Source: Candidatus Methylomirabilota bacterium
GTDB lineage: Bacteria > Methylomirabilota > Methylomirabilia > Rokubacteriales > CSP1-6
DNA: 31,565 bases
Direction of reading: 5' to 3'
NCBI GenBank assembly: GCA_046726415.1
Contig: JBKPAK010000198.1
Span: forward strand, 1 to 31,565
The translations under genes and the position numbers were made by a program. Positions 26,686 through 31,565 of this stretch are shown here, one piece after another. The stretch's first letter is position 1. Every line of letters starts with the position of its first letter. The notes under the pieces were generated by a model. It did no database searches, had not been told where the DNA came from, and was given only the letters and a program-made list of their open reading frames with translations.

Positions 26686-27240
26686 TCAGGGCGCCGCTCG
26701 CGGAGGCATGGCGAATGGCACGGCGACGGCTTGCCGCGGCCCGAGTAGGTTCCGAACGACAAGATCCGACCCCGGGCCAGGCGTTTCGGTCTTGGCGCCC
26801 GGCGTCTCGATGGTGAGGCCCTCGTGGAGGGCGGTCCACGCGCGCCAGCGCAGGTGGGCTTCGAGCGCCCGGCGGGCCCACGCGGTATCGATCGTCGTCG
26901 CTTCGAGCCAGGAGCGGAGGGTGTCCGCGCCGCCCAACTGCGCCTCGAGCGTCGTCCACGCCTGCTCCAGCTCGGGCGGGGTCGGCCCGATCCCCAGGCG
27001 GCTCGCCTCGAGGACGGCGACGAGGGCGGCGCTGTAGCGATCCACGTCCGCCGTCAGGATGGGGGCGTCCGACGGCGTGAAGCCGAACAGGCCGAGGGCG
27101 CGGGCGAGGGCGATGTCGCTGGCGGTCATGATAGAGGGGCCCACTTCACCCACCACGGTATCCACCAGTTCCGCATCAGCCCGAGCCGCGCTCGCCAGCG
27201 CGAGCGCGGCCACGAGCAGGGCGAGGCTGAAGCGCGTCAT
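26686..27240 (-). CDS. Secreted hypothetical protein with a SurA N-terminal-like domain
   Basis: Signal peptide followed by AELVDTVVGEVG..IMTASDI (similar to SurA 'VDRIVAVVN..IT.SDV'). TGATG overlap with the Omp85 gene. Confidence 0.55.
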   Translation of the reverse strand: MTRFSLALLVAALALASAARADAELVDTVVGEVGPSIMTASDIALARALGLFGFTPSDAPILTADVDRYSAALVAVLEASRLGIGPTPPELEQAWTTLEAQLGGADTLRSWLEATTIDTAWARRALEAHLRWRAWTALHEGLTIETPGAKTETPGPGSDLVVRNLLGPRQAVAVPFAMPPRAAP

Positions 27241-29981
27241 CAGAAGGGGTTACCGAGGGCGAAATAGAACTGGAAGCGGTTCTCGCCGGGGATCGGAGTG
27301 AGGGCATACCCGAAGTCCACCCGCAGCGGCCCCACCGGCGTGTTCAGGCGGAGGCCGCCGCCCACCCCCACGCGGAACGCGCTCCACGCGAGTTGTCGCA
27401 CCTCGGAGGTCACGGCTCCGGCGTCGACGAACAGGGCGGCGCCGAGGATCCGCCAGATCGGGAAGCGCCACTCCGCGTTGAGGACGACCAGCGCGTTGCC
27501 GCCGGTGGGATCGCCGTTCGCATCGAGCGGCCCGACGCGCTGCTCGCGGTAGCCGCGCACGGTGTTGGCGCCACCGGCGTAAAAGCGGTCCTCGATGGGC
27601 AGATCTGCGGTGCCGCCGAACGGTGTGGCCAGGCCCAGTCGGGCGGCCAGGGCCACCACAGTCGGAGGCGGCCAGGGAAAGGCCCACGCCGTCTCCAGGC
27701 GCGCCTTGAGGAAGTTGACGTCGCCGCCGAGCGGCTCCGCGGCCGTCTCGAACGAGGCGAAGTTCAGGCTCCCCCGGTGGGGATCGAGCGGCGCATCGCG
27801 CCGGTCCCAGGTCAGCGCACCCGCAACGCTCGCCACGCGGTTCCGGCCGGGCACGATGGTCGAGTCGGCGAGGTCGGGATTGATGTCGAAGCGGCGAATG
27901 TCGTAGTAGCGGTACCAGGTGCTTCCCCGGAGCCCCCGAACCTGTTCGCGCCAGAGGTCGCCGGCCATCGTGAGGCTGACCCCCTCGCGCTCGAAGTTGT
28001 AGCCGAGAGCCTCTCGATACTCCCAGAAGAGGCGGGCTTCGCCGTCCCAGGTGGTGCCCAAGGCCCAGGGCTCGCGGTAGATCAGGTCGGTGCGCGCCCC
28101 GAACGCGCTGGCCTCGCCGCCGACGTTGACCTTCTGGCGCAGGCGCAGGCTCCGCGCGGTGCCGAAAAGGTTGTCGTAGCCGATCTCGGCGAAGGCGCGT
28201 GCGCCCTCGTCGGTGGCGTAGCCCACGCCGAAGTCGAAGCGCCACGGTTTGCGCTCGCGCACGGTCACCTCGACGTCGGCAAACGGGGTCGGCGGCGGGT
28301 CGAGCGGCTCGACGTCGACGCGCTCGAAGACTCCGAGATCGGTGAGCTGGCTGCCGCCACGGAGCAGGCGATCGGGGTCGAGCAGGTCGCCGGGCCCGAA
28401 CGGCAGGCGCTCGCGAATGACGGTCTCCTTGGTGAGCAGGGCGCCGCGCACCAGCACGCGGCCGATCCGAGTCTGCGGACCCTCGACGATCCGATAGGTG
28501 ACGTCGACCGCGCCACCCTCGCGCGTCGTGTTTACGGTGACCTCGGTGGCGAACGCGCCCTGGCGCTGGTAGAGCTGATCGATGACCCGCAGGCCTTCGT
28601 CCGCGAGGCTGGCATCCCACGCGCTGCCGGGCGAGAGAGGCAAAGCCTTGCGTATTTCGGCCGGAGAAATCAGCGTGGCGCCTTCGATGTGAACGGCGCC
28701 GACCCGGAGGCGCGGGCCCTCGACGACGGGAATGGTGATGTGCACCTCGCTCTGGTCGGAGCTCCACTCGAGATGAGGCGGGCCTACGGCGGCATCCGCG
28801 AACCCCTGGGCGCGGAGGTAGGCCTGGAGGGCCCGAACGTCGGCGTCGAGGAGATCGGCGCGAAAGGGCGTGGAGAACCAGCGGCCCGGCTTGAGCCGCA
28901 TGCGCTTGAGGAGCTGGCCGGCGGGAACCTCGGTGCTCCCCGTGATCTCGACTCGCGCCACGATGACGCGCGGCCCCTCATGCACCTCGAATCGGACGTG
29001 GCGGATGGCGTCGCGATCGTCCATGGCCGCGGTCGCCCGCGCCAGGGCGTAGCCGCGCTCGCGGTATGCGCTCTCGATGGCGCGGGCGGCCGTGTCGAGG
29101 ACGAATGCGTCGATAGGGCCCTGCGTGGCGAGATCGGCCTGGCGCGCCAGCTCCCGGTCGCTGAGGGCAGTGTTGCCAACGAACTCCACCTGGTACTTCG
29201 GCCCCTCGACCACGCGCAGCTCGACGCTCAGCCGGTTGGTCGTGGGATCCCTGGGAGATGTGACGGCAGTGACCTGCGCGTCGAGGAAGCCCTGCCCGCG
29301 CAGGAATCGCGTGGCCGACTCCGCCCCGTCCTTCACCTCGCGCTCGCGATAGCGGTCGCCCGCCTCGAGGCCGAAGGCCTTGATGATCTCACCCTCCGGC
29401 ACCCGCACGGCACCGGCGACGCTCACGCGCCGCAGCCGGGCGGGCCGGCCAGCGGTGATCGCCAGGGTCACCTGGCGCCCGTTCGTGGCCCGGTTCTCGA
29501 CGATCACCGGTTCCACCTGAGCGCCCAGGAAGCCCTCACGGCGCAGGAGCGCGAGCACTCGTTCGCGTGCGCCGGCGATCGCCGCGTCGTCGGCGTCGCC
29601 GTCCGGGGCGAGGCGAGTGGCCGTCGCGATGTCCGCCCGATCGAGGCCGAGGTCGCCCGTCCACGAGAGGCTGGCCAGCCACGGGCGTCGCCGCAGCTGA
29701 TAGATGAGCCGGACGCCGTCCCCCTCAGCGCGCTCGTCCACGCTGATGGCGTCGAAGAGCCCGAGCGCCCAAAGCCGATCCAGGCTCTCGCGCACAGCCC
29801 ATCTGGAGAGGGGACGGCCGGCGAGAGGCCCGATGGCCGCCATGACCCGTTCGCGCGGCAGTTGCTGGGGCGACGCGAGCTCGATCCCAGTGACGACTGG
29901 AGCGGCAGCTCCGGCTCCCGACATCCCGGCCACCGCGAGCAGGGCAACCGCGGCGAGGAACGCCAGCGCGCGGTCGATCAT
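27240..29981 (-). CDS. Omp85 family outer-membrane protein (BamA/TamA-like) with about 7 POTRA domains
   Basis: Signal peptide; repeated POTRA units (Y..xGY/F...V.EGP); barrel motifs NLFGTAR, RFYAGGANTVRGY, FVDAG, GGGLRLNTPVGPLRVDFG; C-terminal Phe. Confidence 0.92.
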   Translation of the reverse strand: MIDRALAFLAAVALLAVAGMSGAGAAAPVVTGIELASPQQLPRERVMAAIGPLAGRPLSRWAVRESLDRLWALGLFDAISVDERAEGDGVRLIYQLRRRPWLASLSWTGDLGLDRADIATATRLAPDGDADDAAIAGARERVLALLRREGFLGAQVEPVIVENRATNGRQVTLAITAGRPARLRRVSVAGAVRVPEGEIIKAFGLEAGDRYREREVKDGAESATRFLRGQGFLDAQVTAVTSPRDPTTNRLSVELRVVEGPKYQVEFVGNTALSDRELARQADLATQGPIDAFVLDTAARAIESAYRERGYALARATAAMDDRDAIRHVRFEVHEGPRVIVARVEITGSTEVPAGQLLKRMRLKPGRWFSTPFRADLLDADVRALQAYLRAQGFADAAVGPPHLEWSSDQSEVHITIPVVEGPRLRVGAVHIEGATLISPAEIRKALPLSPGSAWDASLADEGLRVIDQLYQRQGAFATEVTVNTTREGGAVDVTYRIVEGPQTRIGRVLVRGALLTKETVIRERLPFGPGDLLDPDRLLRGGSQLTDLGVFERVDVEPLDPPPTPFADVEVTVRERKPWRFDFGVGYATDEGARAFAEIGYDNLFGTARSLRLRQKVNVGGEASAFGARTDLIYREPWALGTTWDGEARLFWEYREALGYNFEREGVSLTMAGDLWREQVRGLRGSTWYRYYDIRRFDINPDLADSTIVPGRNRVASVAGALTWDRRDAPLDPHRGSLNFASFETAAEPLGGDVNFLKARLETAWAFPWPPPTVVALAARLGLATPFGGTADLPIEDRFYAGGANTVRGYREQRVGPLDANGDPTGGNALVVLNAEWRFPIWRILGAALFVDAGAVTSEVRQLAWSAFRVGVGGGLRLNTPVGPLRVDFGYALTPIPGENRFQFYFALGNPF

Positions 29982-31565
29982 CGGAATCGCAGGCGTACCA
30001 CCCCGTCGATCACGTAGTAGCCCTGACTGGTTCGCTCGCCAGCCAGGAGGAACGGCCCCGTCACCTCGTACTCCACGCGGAGGCCGAAGCGGCCGATGTC
30101 CTCGGAGTTGTGCGTGTAGCTCACCCGGGTGCGCTCCATGATCGCGCGAAGAGGGCCCGGCAGTGCGCTCTCGGTGCCGGGCAGGTCGAGCAGCTCGCGG
30201 ATCACCAGCGACGCCGCCTCGCCGGCCAGCGCCCCTCCCGCTCCCTGAGCGGTCTCGCCGCCGGCGGTGCCGAAGGCCACCAGCGAGAGCAGTTGCTCTC
30301 GGGGAAGGGAGGGCGAGGAGGTGAGCCGCATGTCGAGATCCCTGATCCGCCCGGTGATGCGCATGGTCACGTCGTACTCGCGGATGCGCGTGGTCGCGGT
30401 GATGTCGAGCGCGGGATCGATGCGCCGGGGATCGGCGAACCGCACGACCGCGCGCTCGAGCTGATACCGCTGGCCTCGTAACACGAGCGTGCCGTCCCGA
30501 GCCTCGAGCGCGCCGATGACAATCGGTGCGGCCGTCGTTCCGCGGACGATCAGCGTGCCGCCCACTCGCATGCGAGCCTGCGGGGTCCGGACGACGAGGT
30601 TGTCGTCGAGCACGGCCCGGATGCCGAGGGGAAGTCCAACCTCCGGTGTGGGGGCGGCCGGCCGCTCGGGAGTGGTGAGCGCCGACAGGCTGACCAAGTC
30701 GCGCGTGTAGGTTCCGCGCGCGAGCCGCGCCTCGCCGGCAAGAAGAGATCGCCCCTCGGTGCCGCTCAGCTCGAGGTCGGCATTCCAGACCGTGTCGAGC
30801 CCTTCGATTGGCCGGAGGGGGACGTCGCGGGCAGTGACCCGAACCCGGTAGAGACCGAGCGTGCGTCCCGCCAGCGCAGCTTCGCCCGTCGCCCGGAGGC
30901 TGCCGGCCCCGAGCCCCGCCGTCGCGTCGATCAAGCGAACGCCACCCCCTGTCGCGACGACGCGCGCGTTGATGTCGCGCAGGGGGGCGGGAAACCCGCG
31001 CAGGGCGAGGCGTCCGCCGGTGAGCGATCCCTCCCCGCGAACGCTGGGCTCGGTGAGCGTGCCGATCACTTGCGCCTGCACGGCCACCGTGCCCTCCGCC
31101 CCACCGACGTTGGTGACGGGAGCCAGTAGAGCCGGGAGGAGCATGCGCGCCTCGAACCTCACGTCGAGGCGCCCCGCGGCGTCGAGCGTGCCACTGGCCC
31201 GCGCCGTGCCGGCGCTGCCTGCGAGCTCAGCCCGCTCGAGCTTGAGGGTGCCGTTTTCCCAGCTCCCATCGACGCGTCCGCGCCCGTCGAGTCCGGCCGC
31301 GCGGGAGCGCAGCGCGATGGGCTCGATCCGGGCTCGCGCCGTCAGCGCCGAGGGCCGATCCCACGGGACGCGCGCGGTGAGGCGGCCCGCGACGGTGCCC
31401 TCCACGTCGATGTCGGGATTGGCGGAGAGATGGCGCAGGAGCGGAGCGAGCTCCAAGGTCGAGACGTCCAGCGCCGCCTCGATAGTGCCGCCCGGCTCCA
31501 GCGCGCCACGGGCAGAGCCGGTGATCCGATGCTCGCCGAGATCGAGGTTCGCTTCGAGACGTCGA
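29978..31565 (-). CDS. tamB: Translocation/assembly module TamB (AsmA-like, DUF490 C-terminus), 5'-truncated by the window edge
   Basis: Beta-taco-like G/hydrophobic alternation, GTLTEPSVRG, GTTAAP, IDPALDITA, LTSSPSLPREQLLSLVAFG, VEYEV. ATGA overlap with the Omp85 gene; the frame runs off the window. Confidence 0.87.
   Translation of the reverse strand, partial: RRLEANLDLGEHRITGSARGALEPGGTIEAALDVSTLELAPLLRHLSANPDIDVEGTVAGRLTARVPWDRPSALTARARIEPIALRSRAAGLDGRGRVDGSWENGTLKLERAELAGSAGTARASGTLDAAGRLDVRFEARMLLPALLAPVTNVGGAEGTVAVQAQVIGTLTEPSVRGEGSLTGGRLALRGFPAPLRDINARVVATGGGVRLIDATAGLGAGSLRATGEAALAGRTLGLYRVRVTARDVPLRPIEGLDTVWNADLELSGTEGRSLLAGEARLARGTYTRDLVSLSALTTPERPAAPTPEVGLPLGIRAVLDDNLVVRTPQARMRVGGTLIVRGTTAAPIVIGALEARDGTLVLRGQRYQLERAVVRFADPRRIDPALDITATTRIREYDVTMRITGRIRDLDMRLTSSPSLPREQLLSLVAFGTAGGETAQGAGGALAGEAASLVIRELLDLPGTESALPGPLRAIMERTRVSYTHNSEDIGRFGLRVEYEVTGPFLLAGERTSQGYYVIDGVVRLRFR

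Noticed and set aside
27393-30017. Long antisense or alternate-frame ORFs (e.g. 874 aa here; also 1221-2603, 2745-4253, 8587-10401, 20131-21987)
   Set aside because: They are shadow ORFs of high-GC genes, rich in Arg/Ala/Gly/Pro, with no recognisable motifs, and they overlap well-supported genes.
1-31565. Alternative genetic code (UGA = Trp or Gly)
   Set aside because: Many full-length genes end at TGA at their expected C-termini (e.g. 7473, 13704, 20255, 27240), and TGG is used for Trp.

Overview
High-GC bacterial chromosomal window, densely coding, standard genetic code (many genes end normally in TGA). The gene mix (two LLM/F420-type oxidoreductases, CoA-transferase, CocE/NonD, M81 peptidase, Omp85 plus TamB) suggests a diderm soil or sediment heterotroph, possibly Rokubacteria-like; that taxonomy is only inference. 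About 25 CDS cover mostly catabolic enzymes, a FecCD-type ABC importer and a TamB/Omp85/SurA-like operon. There is also an internally deleted acyl-CoA dehydrogenase pseudogene and a 3x32-bp tandem repeat. No rRNA, tRNA, CRISPR or transposase was recognised. The main finding is that two ORF-track fragments (15056-15280 and 15302-15994) form one reading frame interrupted by a single in-frame TGA, immediately followed by a bacterial SECIS-like hairpin. This is a candidate selenoprotein of the NMT1/THI5/SsuA-like binding-protein fold (motif FQG-U-E-C-G) with no signal peptide and no cognate transporter nearby. Family calls come from motif recognition, not database searches.
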